Below are positions 1 through 9,439 of a stretch of DNA of 64,000 nucleotides, in pieces. Position 1 is the stretch's first letter; each line of letters opens with the position of its first letter. The notes below the pieces were generated by a model. That model had not been told where the DNA came from, did no database searches, and saw only the letters and a program-made list of their open reading frames with translations. Origin of the DNA: an uncultured Eubacteriales bacterium. Lineage in GTDB: Bacteria > Bacillota > Clostridia > Oscillospirales > Oscillospiraceae. The stretch lies in NCBI GenBank assembly GCA_900552475.1, contig USAC01000001.1, forward strand, positions 8,444-72,443. The letters are read 5' to 3'. The position numbers were made by a program, and so were the translations under genes.

Positions 1-853
1 TTACGGCGGCCTGAGCGAGTGCATCCACATCGACGACGTCGACATGATTGTCGAGGGGCCGCACGGCCCGCTGCCCGCGGCGAAGTCGCCGCCCGCGTCC
101 GAGGAGGAGATGAAGATCGCCGAATACGTCGTGCAGAACATGGTCGACGGCTCGACGCTCCAGCTCGGCATTGGCTCGCTGCCGAACGCGGTGGGGCAGA
201 TGATCGCGCGCTCCGACCTGCGCGACCTTGGCATCCACACGGAGATGCTCTGCGACTCGTACCTCGACATGTACAAGGCGGGCAGGATCACGAACCGCAA
301 GAAGAAGCTCGACCGCTATAAGAGCATCTTCGGCCTTGCGGTCGGCTCGCCGGATCTGTACGACTGGATCCGTGAGAACCCCGGCGTCGTGACCTACCCC
401 ATCAGCTACTGCAACGACCCGAGCAACATCGGGCGGCTGGATAATTTCGTCTCCATCAACAACTGCATCTCCGTCGACCTGTACGGACAGATCTGCGCGG
501 AGAGCTCCGGCACGCGCCAGATCAGCGGCACCGGCGGCCAGCTCGACTTCCTCGAGGGCGCGGCCCTCTCGCCGGGCGGCAAGGCCTTCATCTGTCTGAC
601 GTCGTCCTTTACGAACAAGAAGGGTGAAATGGTCTCGCGCATCAACCCGGTGCTCACCCCCGGCGATATCGTCACCGACCCGCGCAGCCTGGCCTACTAC
701 ATCGTGACGGAGTACGGCGGCGTGAACCTCGTCGGCTGCAGCACGTGGGAGCGCGCGGAGCGCCTGATCTCCATCGCACACCCGAAGTTCCGCGACGAGC
801 TGATCTCGAACGCCGAGAAGCAGGGCATCTGGATCCGCTCGAACAAGCGCTGA
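1..853 (+). CDS. Acetyl-CoA hydrolase/transferase family protein (butyryl-CoA:acetate CoA-transferase-like), C-terminal part; 5' end lies outside the window
   Basis: ORF 44..853 continues in frame to position 2. The GTGGQLDFLEGAAL...FICLTSS motif is typical of the AcetylCoA_hydro C-terminal domain. Confidence 0.7.
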   Translation, partial: YGGLSECIHIDDVDMIVEGPHGPLPAAKSPPASEEEMKIAEYVVQNMVDGSTLQLGIGSLPNAVGQMIARSDLRDLGIHTEMLCDSYLDMYKAGRITNRKKKLDRYKSIFGLAVGSPDLYDWIRENPGVVTYPISYCNDPSNIGRLDNFVSINNCISVDLYGQICAESSGTRQISGTGGQLDFLEGAALSPGGKAFICLTSSFTNKKGEMVSRINPVLTPGDIVTDPRSLAYYIVTEYGGVNLVGCSTWERAERLISIAHPKFRDELISNAEKQGIWIRSNKR

Positions 854-893
854 CGACTACCAAAATTTGACATTCTCTGCACATCCACTACAT

Positions 894-941
894 AAAGCAG
901 ACATCCCCGGTCAGAAATGACTGGGGATGTCTGCTTTTCGT
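894..941 (+). terminator. Rho-independent terminator hairpin plus T-tract
   Basis: aagcagacatccccggtcag...ctggggatgtctgcttttcg. Confidence 0.6.
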
Positions 942-1081
942 GCTGCTTTGCGCCAAATGACGGGTAAATTACTAATTTTGTAAGGATCAATCATATATTA
1001 TATCATTGACATGTCAAGAAACTATTGTGCAAATTAGTAATTCTTGACAGGAAATAAACGATCCGATTTAGTAGATTTTTC

Positions 1082-1110
1082 TTGAAAGCGGGGCCGCGGC
1101 GTGCTACTAT
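1082..1110 (+). promoter_or_regulatory. Sigma-70-like promoter TTGAAA-17-TACTAT upstream of the adhesin gene
   Basis: Hexamers and 17-nt spacing read directly from the sequence. Confidence 0.4.
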
Positions 1111-1183
1111 GGGAGCAAGAAGCGGCCGACGGCGAACACAGAGAGAAAAAAGGCCGCACACATTTCGACAGGAGGTAGATCTT

Positions 1184-4100
1184 TTGAAGAGAACACTCAA
1201 TCGGATCCTTGCGCTCGGCATGGCGATCTGCATGCTTCTCTCGCTTGTGGTCGTACAGGCTTCGGCCGCGACGACGACGGACGGGCTGCAGAGCCAGATC
1301 AGCGCGGCGGCCGGGTCAAGCGTGCAGATCGTGCTCGACGGCGATGTGACGCTCGACCAGACCATCCAGATCCCCGCCAAAACGGCCGTCACCATCACGA
1401 CGGACGGCGCGGCGCGCACCGTCAAGCGCGGCGAAGGGCTGACGGCGGCGATGTTCAACGTTCCCGCCGGCTCCACGCTGACGCTCAGCGGCGGCGAGAG
1501 CCGCCTTGTACTCGACGGCGCGTCCGTCAAGGCTTCGGCCGCGATGGTCACGAGCGCGGGCACGCTGGAACTGACGAACGTGGACGCGAAGAACGCCGTG
1601 AACTCCAAGACCGGTGGCGCGGTCTATCTGACCGCGGGCAAGCTCAGTGTCAGCGGCTGCAGCTTCACCGGCAACTCCGCCAAGACCGGCGGCGCGATTG
1701 ACACCAAGACGAAGGTGGGCATTCAGATGACCGTTGCGGACAGCACCTTCTCCGCGAACACCGCAACGACCAACGGCGGCGCCATCAACCTGATGGATAC
1801 CAACACCATGACCGCGACGAACACGGCCTTCACCGGCAACAAGACGACGAAGTCCGCGGCCAACAAGGGCGGCGCGGCGGTCTATGTCGCGAACACCAGC
1901 GCGAGCTTTGACGGTTGTACCTTCACCGAGAACACCGTCGCCGGGAATACCGACAGCGTCGGCGGCGCGCTGTGCTTCTACGCCGTGAGCGCGAGCCAGA
2001 CGGCCATCACCGTCAGCGGCAGCACCTTCACCGGCAACACCGCGCCGAACGGCGGCGCGATCGGCCTGTCCGACAGTGGCAGCTTCCGCAGCGGCCGGGC
2101 GATCGTGAACTGGACGGACTGCTCCTTCACCGGCAACAGCGCGGCAGGCAAGGGCGGCGCGATTGCCATTCCGTACAGCTGTGAGAACGCGATGCACTGC
2201 GTCGTGACGCTCAGCGGCTGCACCTACAGCGGCAACACCGCCGCGCAGGAGCCGGATTTCTACAGCGCGGACAAGCTCAACATCACCGTGGACGGCAAGG
2301 TGCTCGACCCGAGCACTACGACCGGCAACCCCAACTACGTCGCCTATACCGATGTCTCCGTCGTCCCGAACGTGACGGACAGCGCCGGGACGGCGCTGCC
2401 GGATCTGGCGGGCATGGCGGTCGTGGGCGACTATGCCTACTCCGTCAAGCTCAAGACGGCCGCGAAGCCCAGCGGCGACACGACGAACTATCACCGCGGC
2501 GAGCACGCGACGCTCTGGCGCACCGATCTCAAGACCGGTGAGACGGTTCAACTCAGCGAGGCCGTGACGAACGCGGACTACGTCACCTACGTTGGCCACG
2601 CCAACGGCGTCGCGGGCGCGCTGGAAAACGGCGAGCACTATCTCTATGTCGCGACGCTCCTCGTGGGCGATGCGTCGCAGGACATCTACGCGGTCGTAAA
2701 GCTGCACATGAGCGGTACGACCTTTGAGAAGGTGGGCGAGTATGTCATCATGGAAAACGGCATCTCCGCCTCCAAGTCCGGTATCGATGTCCTCAGCGTT
2801 GACGCCGGCAAGACGACCCTTCTGCTTAAGACCGGCGGCACGTTCTATACCGCCGAGGTGCCCCACGACCAGACGAGCGGCGAGCTCACGGCCGTGACGC
2901 GCTTCAGCATCAACACCACCGGCGTCTCCCTGACGACCGGCGCGGTGCTCGACGTCACTGGTTGGACGTGGCAGGATTGCGGCTATCACGACGGGCGGCT
3001 GTATGTGCCCGTGTGCAAGGGCGCGAGCACGGTCGTCGCCGTGTACTCCATCCTCAATGAGGACGGCACCGTCAAGAGCGGCGCGCTGTCTCCTGATAAG
3101 GACTGCTCCATCCAGATCGGCGATGTGAACCACCGCGTCGTCGAGGTGGAGAGCTGCGCCGTCTATGACGGGAAGCTCTACTTCAACGCCAACCGCACGC
3201 TCCCCGACGGCGGCAAGGACTGCGACTGCGTCGCGTGGACGGCTTTGCCCCCCGCGCCCGTGATCGAGAAGCCCGACGAGAACCCCGCGCAGGATGCGCT
3301 GGTGGCGAAGATCAACGCCGCCGCGGGCTCGAGCGTCGTGATTACGCTGACGGAGGACATGACCATCACGTCCCCGATCTCCATCCCCGCAAGCACCGTC
3401 GTGGAGCTGAAGACGGACGGCAAGGCCGTCACGCTTACCCGCGGCGAAAAGCTCACGGAGTCGCTCTTCAACGTCCTCGATGGCTCCACCCTGAAGATCA
3501 CCGGCAGCGATGATGCGCGCATCACGGTTGACGGCGCGTCCGTCGAGGCGACCGCCGCCATGATCGCGAGCGCCGGGGCGCTCGAGCTGACGAAGGTGGA
3601 TCTCAAGAACGCCGTCTCCGCCGGTGCGGGCGGCGCGGTCTACATGACGAAGGGCACGCTGACGTCCACCGACTGCCGCTATGAGAACAACCGCGCGTCC
3701 ACCGGCGGCGCCGTCGACGCGCAGAAGAATGCCAAGGTGCGCATGGACTTCATCGGCGGCAGCTTCACGGACAACACCGCCAAGACAACCGGCGGCGCCG
3801 TGAACCTGATGGACGGCAACACGCTCAGCGCGAAGAACGTCACCTTCCGCGGCAACAAGACCACGGCCTCCGCAGCGAACAAGGGCGGCGGCGCGCTGTA
3901 TGTGGCGAATACTGCCGCGAGCTTTGACGGCTGCACGTTTGACAGCAACTCCGTGACCGGCAAGGCCACGAGCACGGGCGGCGCGATCTGCTTCTACGCG
4001 CTCGGCGCGTCCGGCGCAAAATGCACGGTAAAGGACTGCACCTTTACGGGCAACAGCGCCCCCATCGGAGGTGCGATGGCGCTCTCCGACAACGGCGCGG

Positions 4101-4549
4101 TGCGCAAGAACGGCGCGTCCGTCGACTGCGAGAACGTGACCTTCACGAACAACACCGCCGACAAGGGCGGCGCGATCGGTATCCCGTATGACTGCGTAAC
4201 GAGCCTGAGCTGCTCGCTGAACCTGACGGACTGCACATTTGCGGGCAATCAGGCCGCCGAGGGCAGCGACATCTACAGCGTCTCCGAGGCGGGCATCACG
4301 ATCAAGCAGACCGAGAAGCCCGACCCCAAGCCTAATCCCGATCCGGATCCCGTCGACCCGGAACCCGATCCTGATCCGGCGGATCCCAAGCCGACCGAGC
4401 CCGCTGCTCCGGTTGCGCCGGAGACCCCGGCAAAGCCCGATCAGTTCAAGACTGGCGACGAGAGCCATCTCGCCCTCTGGGGCGCGCTGGCCCTGACCGC
4501 CGCTGCGGGCGCAGCCGTCTGCACGCTGCGCAGAAAAGAAGAAGCGTAA
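1184..4549 (+). CDS. Large secreted parallel beta-helix repeat protein (PMP-type GGAI/FxxN repeats), tandemly duplicated, with C-terminal sortase-like sorting signal
   Basis: TTG start 8 nt after a GGAGG RBS, followed by a signal peptide (LKRTLNRILALGMAICMLLSLVVVQASAA). Many FTGN/GGAI repeats and two homologous ~500-aa modules. A Pro/Asp-rich linker, FKTGD, a hydrophobic stretch and an RRKEE tail follow. Confidence 0.85.
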   Translation: MKRTLNRILALGMAICMLLSLVVVQASAATTTDGLQSQISAAAGSSVQIVLDGDVTLDQTIQIPAKTAVTITTDGAARTVKRGEGLTAAMFNVPAGSTLTLSGGESRLVLDGASVKASAAMVTSAGTLELTNVDAKNAVNSKTGGAVYLTAGKLSVSGCSFTGNSAKTGGAIDTKTKVGIQMTVADSTFSANTATTNGGAINLMDTNTMTATNTAFTGNKTTKSAANKGGAAVYVANTSASFDGCTFTENTVAGNTDSVGGALCFYAVSASQTAITVSGSTFTGNTAPNGGAIGLSDSGSFRSGRAIVNWTDCSFTGNSAAGKGGAIAIPYSCENAMHCVVTLSGCTYSGNTAAQEPDFYSADKLNITVDGKVLDPSTTTGNPNYVAYTDVSVVPNVTDSAGTALPDLAGMAVVGDYAYSVKLKTAAKPSGDTTNYHRGEHATLWRTDLKTGETVQLSEAVTNADYVTYVGHANGVAGALENGEHYLYVATLLVGDASQDIYAVVKLHMSGTTFEKVGEYVIMENGISASKSGIDVLSVDAGKTTLLLKTGGTFYTAEVPHDQTSGELTAVTRFSINTTGVSLTTGAVLDVTGWTWQDCGYHDGRLYVPVCKGASTVVAVYSILNEDGTVKSGALSPDKDCSIQIGDVNHRVVEVESCAVYDGKLYFNANRTLPDGGKDCDCVAWTALPPAPVIEKPDENPAQDALVAKINAAAGSSVVITLTEDMTITSPISIPASTVVELKTDGKAVTLTRGEKLTESLFNVLDGSTLKITGSDDARITVDGASVEATAAMIASAGALELTKVDLKNAVSAGAGGAVYMTKGTLTSTDCRYENNRASTGGAVDAQKNAKVRMDFIGGSFTDNTAKTTGGAVNLMDGNTLSAKNVTFRGNKTTASAANKGGGALYVANTAASFDGCTFDSNSVTGKATSTGGAICFYALGASGAKCTVKDCTFTGNSAPIGGAMALSDNGAVRKNGASVDCENVTFTNNTADKGGAIGIPYDCVTSLSCSLNLTDCTFAGNQAAEGSDIYSVSEAGITIKQTEKPDPKPNPDPDPVDPEPDPDPADPKPTEPAAPVAPETPAKPDQFKTGDESHLALWGALALTAAAGAAVCTLRRKEEA

Positions 4550-4553
4550 AATA

Positions 4554-4590
4554 AAGGGAACTGACCGCGGCAACGGTCAGTTCCCTTTTG
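4554..4590 (+). terminator. Rho-independent terminator
   Basis: aagggaactgaccgcgg/caacggtcagttccctttt. Confidence 0.7.
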
Positions 4591-4710
4591 CGTGCCGGAT
4601 ACGGTGAAAACTGCAGATCTGCGCTGTCATGCGTTCTTGACAAAATACTTGCATGACCGCACAATATTACTTATAATAGCAATATAAGACAGAAGGAGGG
4701 GGAAGCGGCC

Positions 4711-5706
4711 ATGAACGAACAGGGAATCTGCATTCTGTTTTCCATTCTTCTTGTTCCGGTAAATTTTCTCTGCGCTTTCTGGCTTTTTCGGGAAGCGCTG
4801 CAGCTGACGGGGATGACGTATCAGGAGTATTTCAAAAAGACTTCCTCCGACGGGGAGGTACTGCTCGGCAGCGAACAGCGCTGGGGGTATACGAATCGTT
4901 TTTTCAAAGCGTACAGCTCCGATCCGGAGAAATCCATGCACTTCATGAAAAGCTATGCGGCGGCGTTGCTGCCCGGCTTGGCCGCGGTGCTCCTTCTGTG
5001 TTATACGGAGGCGCATGCGGAGCGGCTGTCGGGCGTTCTGATTGGGGATTTTGCGCTGTTGGCCGTGAATGCCGCGCTCGCGCTGGCGGGCGTGCTTTAC
5101 AGGAGAAGGCATCCGATGGATCCCGCGACGGCGGAGCGGCTTCGCGAAAAGCGACGGAAGGAACGGGCGTATAACAGAAAGCATTGGAAAAAAATCGCGG
5201 TGAGGGGCACCGTATGCGCCGCCGTTCTGCTGCTGATTCTGTATATTTTTGTAGGCGGCACATTGAGATCGCTGTGGCAGCAGCCCGCGCAGACGGAGAC
5301 GCCGCGCAGCGCGATGCTGTCCGAACTTCTGCAGGAGCGGGGCTACGAAACAGAGAACGTTTCGCTCACCTACCGGTGGGTGGTGGATGATCCTCTGCAG
5401 GCGGCGGGTGGAGGAGAAAAGGACGGCAACCGGTTTGAGCTTTACCGGTATGCGGACGAAGAAACGGCACGCCGGGCGTATGGTCAGGTTGTGAACCTGA
5501 TCGCCCCGGAGATGGAGAGTGCGGCGCGCGCAAGTCATCAGATAGAGCTCACGGGCGGCGGCAGTATGTTTACCGTCATCTTAGATGGGGTGTATTACCT
5601 TGCGCTGACCCGAAACAGCGACGTAATTTATGCGTGCTCGCCCGATTCCCTGCAGGAAGCCAATGCGATTCTGGCCGATATCGGGTATCTGCACGGTAAA
5701 TCATAA
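4711..5706 (+). CDS. Hypothetical membrane protein
   Basis: AGGAGGG RBS, several hydrophobic segments, no recognisable family. Confidence 0.55.
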   Translation: MNEQGICILFSILLVPVNFLCAFWLFREALQLTGMTYQEYFKKTSSDGEVLLGSEQRWGYTNRFFKAYSSDPEKSMHFMKSYAAALLPGLAAVLLLCYTEAHAERLSGVLIGDFALLAVNAALALAGVLYRRRHPMDPATAERLREKRRKERAYNRKHWKKIAVRGTVCAAVLLLILYIFVGGTLRSLWQQPAQTETPRSAMLSELLQERGYETENVSLTYRWVVDDPLQAAGGGEKDGNRFELYRYADEETARRAYGQVVNLIAPEMESAARASHQIELTGGGSMFTVILDGVYYLALTRNSDVIYACSPDSLQEANAILADIGYLHGKS

Positions 5707-5718
5707 GGAAATAATCAT

Positions 5719-6633
5719 ATGGGAAAGAAACGGCAGAAGGAGCGGTTTGACATTCTCCTGTTTGCGGCGGGCCTGTTTTGTATCGGCATGACCCTCTGGA
5801 TACTGATAAGCGAAATCAGCGAATATGTGCAGCAAAAGGATTGGACGGCTGCGACGGCCATCGTGGTGGATGTCTCCCCGCACAGCGGCGATTACGACGT
5901 ATACTACCAGTATGAGGCCGCGGGGGATATTTACACGGGCAAGTTCAGCAAGGTCGGCAAACGGGCGCTCGGTGAGACCATCGAAATCCGGTATGACCCC
6001 GACGCGCCGGAAAAGTCCAACTGGGTGCTGGAGATGGGTATTAAGACGATCCTGAAGGATGTGTTCATGATCGCCATTTTCTGGACTCTGGGAGCCCGCT
6101 TGATCGAATGCTCCCTTCCGAAAAAGAAACGGCGTGAAGACCAAGCCGACGGCCGGGCAGCCCGGCGGGTGCCGCGGCAAAAGCCGCGCGCGGCGGAGAG
6201 CACCGTCGATGCCGCGGAGGTCAAGCGGCAGGAAAACCGGATCTTTCAGGAGGTGTGCGAGCTGGTACGGGCGCTGCGGGAGGAGCATCCGGACACCGGG
6301 TATGCGGTGCGGCTGGAGCGCTCCGCGCCGCTGGAGCCGGCGGGCTGTGCGCCGGCCCGGTATTCCGCGTGGCTCATCGTCTCCCTGAGCCGCCATCAGA
6401 CGATTCTCGAGAGCGGCGAGGACACGACCGAATGGCCGGACGCCCGGGCCGAGATCACCCGGGTGAGGGGCGGAAAGCTGACGGTTTCCGACGCGTACAG
6501 GGAACTTCTCAAGGCGGATCTGGAAAAGATCACCGCCGACTATGAGGCGAGCCCCGATCCCTATGTGGAAAACAGAGCCGCGTCGGAGGAGCTGCTGGCG
6601 CAGGCCTGCCGCGTGGAGTGGATAGAAGAATAA
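5719..6633 (+). CDS. Hypothetical membrane protein (DUF3592-like N-terminal topology)
   Basis: RBS, a TM helix followed by a beta-rich segment, a second TM, and a basic cytoplasmic tail. Confidence 0.5.
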   Translation: MGKKRQKERFDILLFAAGLFCIGMTLWILISEISEYVQQKDWTAATAIVVDVSPHSGDYDVYYQYEAAGDIYTGKFSKVGKRALGETIEIRYDPDAPEKSNWVLEMGIKTILKDVFMIAIFWTLGARLIECSLPKKKRREDQADGRAARRVPRQKPRAAESTVDAAEVKRQENRIFQEVCELVRALREEHPDTGYAVRLERSAPLEPAGCAPARYSAWLIVSLSRHQTILESGEDTTEWPDARAEITRVRGGKLTVSDAYRELLKADLEKITADYEASPDPYVENRAASEELLAQACRVEWIEE

Positions 6634-6638
6634 CGTTA

Positions 6639-6866
6639 CAAAAGGGCGTTGCCCTTTTGTAACGAAAAGATTTCGCTCCGACCCGCTCATTTTTGTGCGC
6701 GCTGCGCACAAAAATACACTCTGGCCCGACATCAACCGTCGGGTCTGCCGAGGCCAGTTCCTCTGGGCCGAGGCCCGCGCAAAGTGCTTTTTGCGACGTA
6801 CACGCCGCCGCAAAAAACGGATTTCAAAGGATTCGCACCGCTGCGGCGGCGCGAACTCTGCGAGTT
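6639..6866 (+). repeat. Intergenic palindromic repeat element, family 1, full-length copy A
   Basis: Shares with copies B-D the modules ATTCGCTCCGA, GCGCATTTTTGTGCGC..GCGCACAAA, TTTTGCGACGTACACGCCGCCGCAAAA and GCGGC...GCCGCGAACTCTGCGAGAC. Confidence 0.75.
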
Positions 6867-7018
6867 TTTTTACAGGAATTTGCTTTTAACGGCACAATCT
6901 TCCAAAAACCGGTAGACACCCGCCTGTTTCGCGTGCTATACTGATACTATCTGTCAGTATGTGTATTCCCGGAAAACCGGGAAGCGTTTGAGAGAGATCT
7001 ATCAGATGGGGTGATACG

Positions 7019-9421
7019 ATGAAATCCAGAAAACGGGCCTATTCCATCGCGCTGTGCTGCCTTCTGGCGGTCACGGTGCTGCTGCCGGGCCTGGTGTTCC
7101 TGTTTGCCGGGGCGACGGCGGCGGACGATCAGGAGGAATCCCTGCTCGGCACGCTCAGCGCCCAGTTCGAGGCGAGCAGCCCGGGCATGGTTTCGTCCGG
7201 GACGGGCGACCTCGGCGGAAAGTCCTACGGCGCCTATCAGTTTGCCAGCCGCTATGACACGCCCAAGGCGTTTTTCGAGTGGTGCCTGCAGCAGGACGAT
7301 ACATATTACCGCTCCGTGGGCGAGCGCCTGCAGGACGCATACTACAGCGGCGGTGCGGGCTACGGCACGAATTTCGACAACACGTGGCGCGCGCTCAACA
7401 ACGAGGACAGCGCGGGCTTTCTGCGCGTCCAGCGCAACTATGTCCGCCTGAGCTACTATGAGCCGATCGTCGCGAAACTGGAGGCAAACGTCCCCGGCTT
7501 CTCCGCGGACGATTACAGCATCGCCCTGCGCAACGTCCTCTGGTCGCGCGCGGCGCAGCACGGGACGGGCGGGGCCTACAGCGTTGTCACGCGCGCCTTC
7601 GCGGCGCTGGGCGGCTTTAAAAACCAGCCCGAGGCCGAGCTGATCGACGCGATTTACGCCGAGAGCGGCCGCCTGACGACGGACGCCGCCACCACCATGA
7701 GCGGCACGACCGCCGAGCGCTACGGCGTCAGCGGAAAGGCACTGGCGTACTACACGGGCTGCTCGGGCGAGGTGCAGCTCGGCGTCTACCTGCGCCTGCG
7801 CGTCAACGAGCCCGCCAAGGCGCAGGCCATGCTCGCGCAGTACGGCTATGCCGATGCCGTCATCGACGAGGGTGTCTACCGCATCCAGCCCTCCTCCAAC
7901 ACGAACCTCAGCGCCGTCGCGGGCAGTACATCCGTCTCGCTCAACGGCGTGGCCGACAGCGATGCCCAGCGCTTCCAGCTGACGTATTACGCGAGCGGCT
8001 ACTATGCCATCACCTGCCGCGACAGCGGCCTGCGGCTCGCAGCTGCGAGTGACGGCAGTGTCACGATGGAAAAGCCCGCCGCGTCAGAGAGCCAGATGTG
8101 GCGCCTCGCGTGCTATAACAGCGGCTTCTCCATCCAGAACCGCGCCACGGGGCAGTATCTCGCGGCTTCGAGCTATGCCGCGGGCGGCAGGCTCCAGACC
8201 GCGCAGAGTGCCTACCAGTGGCAGGTCGCGCTCGCCGCGGGCGGCTGGTCGCTCGCCGGCGCGAGCTACCCGACCTATGCCAGCGGCCTGACCGAGGGTG
8301 CGTCGTCCTACCCCTTCCGCGGGACGCTGCGCTGCTCGTACCCCATCTCCCGCGTGGAGGTCAGAATCCTGAACGCTGCGGGCGGCGACGCCATCACCCC
8401 GGCCACCGCTTCCCCCGGCAGCAAGAGCTTCGATCTCTCGAGCCTTGACAACTCCGTCGCCTTCAGCCGTCTGCGCGCGGGCGGCTATACCCTCGTCATC
8501 ACCGCCGAGAGCGGCGCACCGACCGACGGCACGTTCCGTTTGGAGTCTCCCTTCTACGTCTCCGGCGACGGCTTCACTGTCACGTTCGATCCCTGCGGCG
8601 GTACCTGCGGCGAGGCCAAGCGCGCCGTCTATGCCGGTCAGTGCTACGGCGACCTTCCCACCGCGGCGAAGGACGGCTGGACATTTGACGGCTGGTATAC
8701 CGCGCCCGAGGGCGGCAGCCGCATCGACGGGGCGGACATCGTCACTGCCGGTGACCACACGCTCTACGCGCACTATTCCCGCGAATACAGCTATGTGTTC
8801 TATAACTACGACGGCACCGCCGTCTCCTCCGGCCGCCTGGCCGCCGGGGAGGAGATCCCCGCACCAGACCAGACCCCGTCCCGCCCGTCCGACGGCACGT
8901 ATTACTATGTCTTCACCGGCTGGAGCGGCTACAGCGCGGGCATGACCATCTCCGACAACGTCTCCTTCACCGCGGCGTATGAGGCGCACGAGATCGTCGG
9001 CGAGCCGGATCAGATCATCACCTCGGCCTATGTCATCCGCGACGGCTGGCTGCGCCGCATCCCGCTCGGCACCACGACGGCGGAGGTGCAGAGCGGGCTC
9101 ACGCCCTCCTCCGGCATCACCATCCACAAGGGCAGCGCCCCGGCCACCGGCCTTGCCGGAACGGGCATGACCGTGGAGTATACGCGCGGGGGCGAGGTCG
9201 TGCAGACCTTGACGATGGTTGTCACGGGCGACCTCAACGGCGACGGCCGCTTGGATATCAGCGATGTCGTGCAGCTGCAGGGCAGTCTGCTCAACCGCGT
9301 GACACTCAGCGACGCCGCAGCACAGGCGGCGGACGTCAACGGCGACGGCCGCATCGATATCAGCGACATGGTACAGATGACCGCCGCGCTGCTCGGGCGC
9401 AGCAGCGTCAAACCCAACTGA
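7019..9421 (+). CDS. Secreted multidomain protein: N-terminal lysozyme/SLT-like domain (weak), ricin-B lectin domain, two Listeria-Bacteroides repeats, C-terminal type-I dockerin
   Basis: Signal peptide. QxW motifs (AQRFQL, SQMWRL, YQWQV). DGWTFDGWYT-type repeats. Dockerin duplicated motif DLNGDGRLDISDVV...DVNGDGRIDISDMV. Confidence 0.8.
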   Translation: MKSRKRAYSIALCCLLAVTVLLPGLVFLFAGATAADDQEESLLGTLSAQFEASSPGMVSSGTGDLGGKSYGAYQFASRYDTPKAFFEWCLQQDDTYYRSVGERLQDAYYSGGAGYGTNFDNTWRALNNEDSAGFLRVQRNYVRLSYYEPIVAKLEANVPGFSADDYSIALRNVLWSRAAQHGTGGAYSVVTRAFAALGGFKNQPEAELIDAIYAESGRLTTDAATTMSGTTAERYGVSGKALAYYTGCSGEVQLGVYLRLRVNEPAKAQAMLAQYGYADAVIDEGVYRIQPSSNTNLSAVAGSTSVSLNGVADSDAQRFQLTYYASGYYAITCRDSGLRLAAASDGSVTMEKPAASESQMWRLACYNSGFSIQNRATGQYLAASSYAAGGRLQTAQSAYQWQVALAAGGWSLAGASYPTYASGLTEGASSYPFRGTLRCSYPISRVEVRILNAAGGDAITPATASPGSKSFDLSSLDNSVAFSRLRAGGYTLVITAESGAPTDGTFRLESPFYVSGDGFTVTFDPCGGTCGEAKRAVYAGQCYGDLPTAAKDGWTFDGWYTAPEGGSRIDGADIVTAGDHTLYAHYSREYSYVFYNYDGTAVSSGRLAAGEEIPAPDQTPSRPSDGTYYYVFTGWSGYSAGMTISDNVSFTAAYEAHEIVGEPDQIITSAYVIRDGWLRRIPLGTTTAEVQSGLTPSSGITIHKGSAPATGLAGTGMTVEYTRGGEVVQTLTMVVTGDLNGDGRLDISDVVQLQGSLLNRVTLSDAAAQAADVNGDGRIDISDMVQMTAALLGRSSVKPN

Positions 9422-9439
9422 CGAGAAAGCAGGTACCCC

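Noticed and set aside
1316-4573. 1,085-aa ORF on the minus strand across the adhesin locus
   Set aside because: It is antisense to a plus-strand gene that has an RBS, a signal peptide and a coherent repeat architecture. Long antisense ORFs are expected in 65% GC DNA. The translation is Arg/Ala/Gly-rich low-complexity sequence.
6649-6944. Three overlapping 64-88 aa ORFs at 6649-6944
   Set aside because: They lie inside repeat copy A and the promoter region. They have no RBS and are products of the palindromic repeat sequence.
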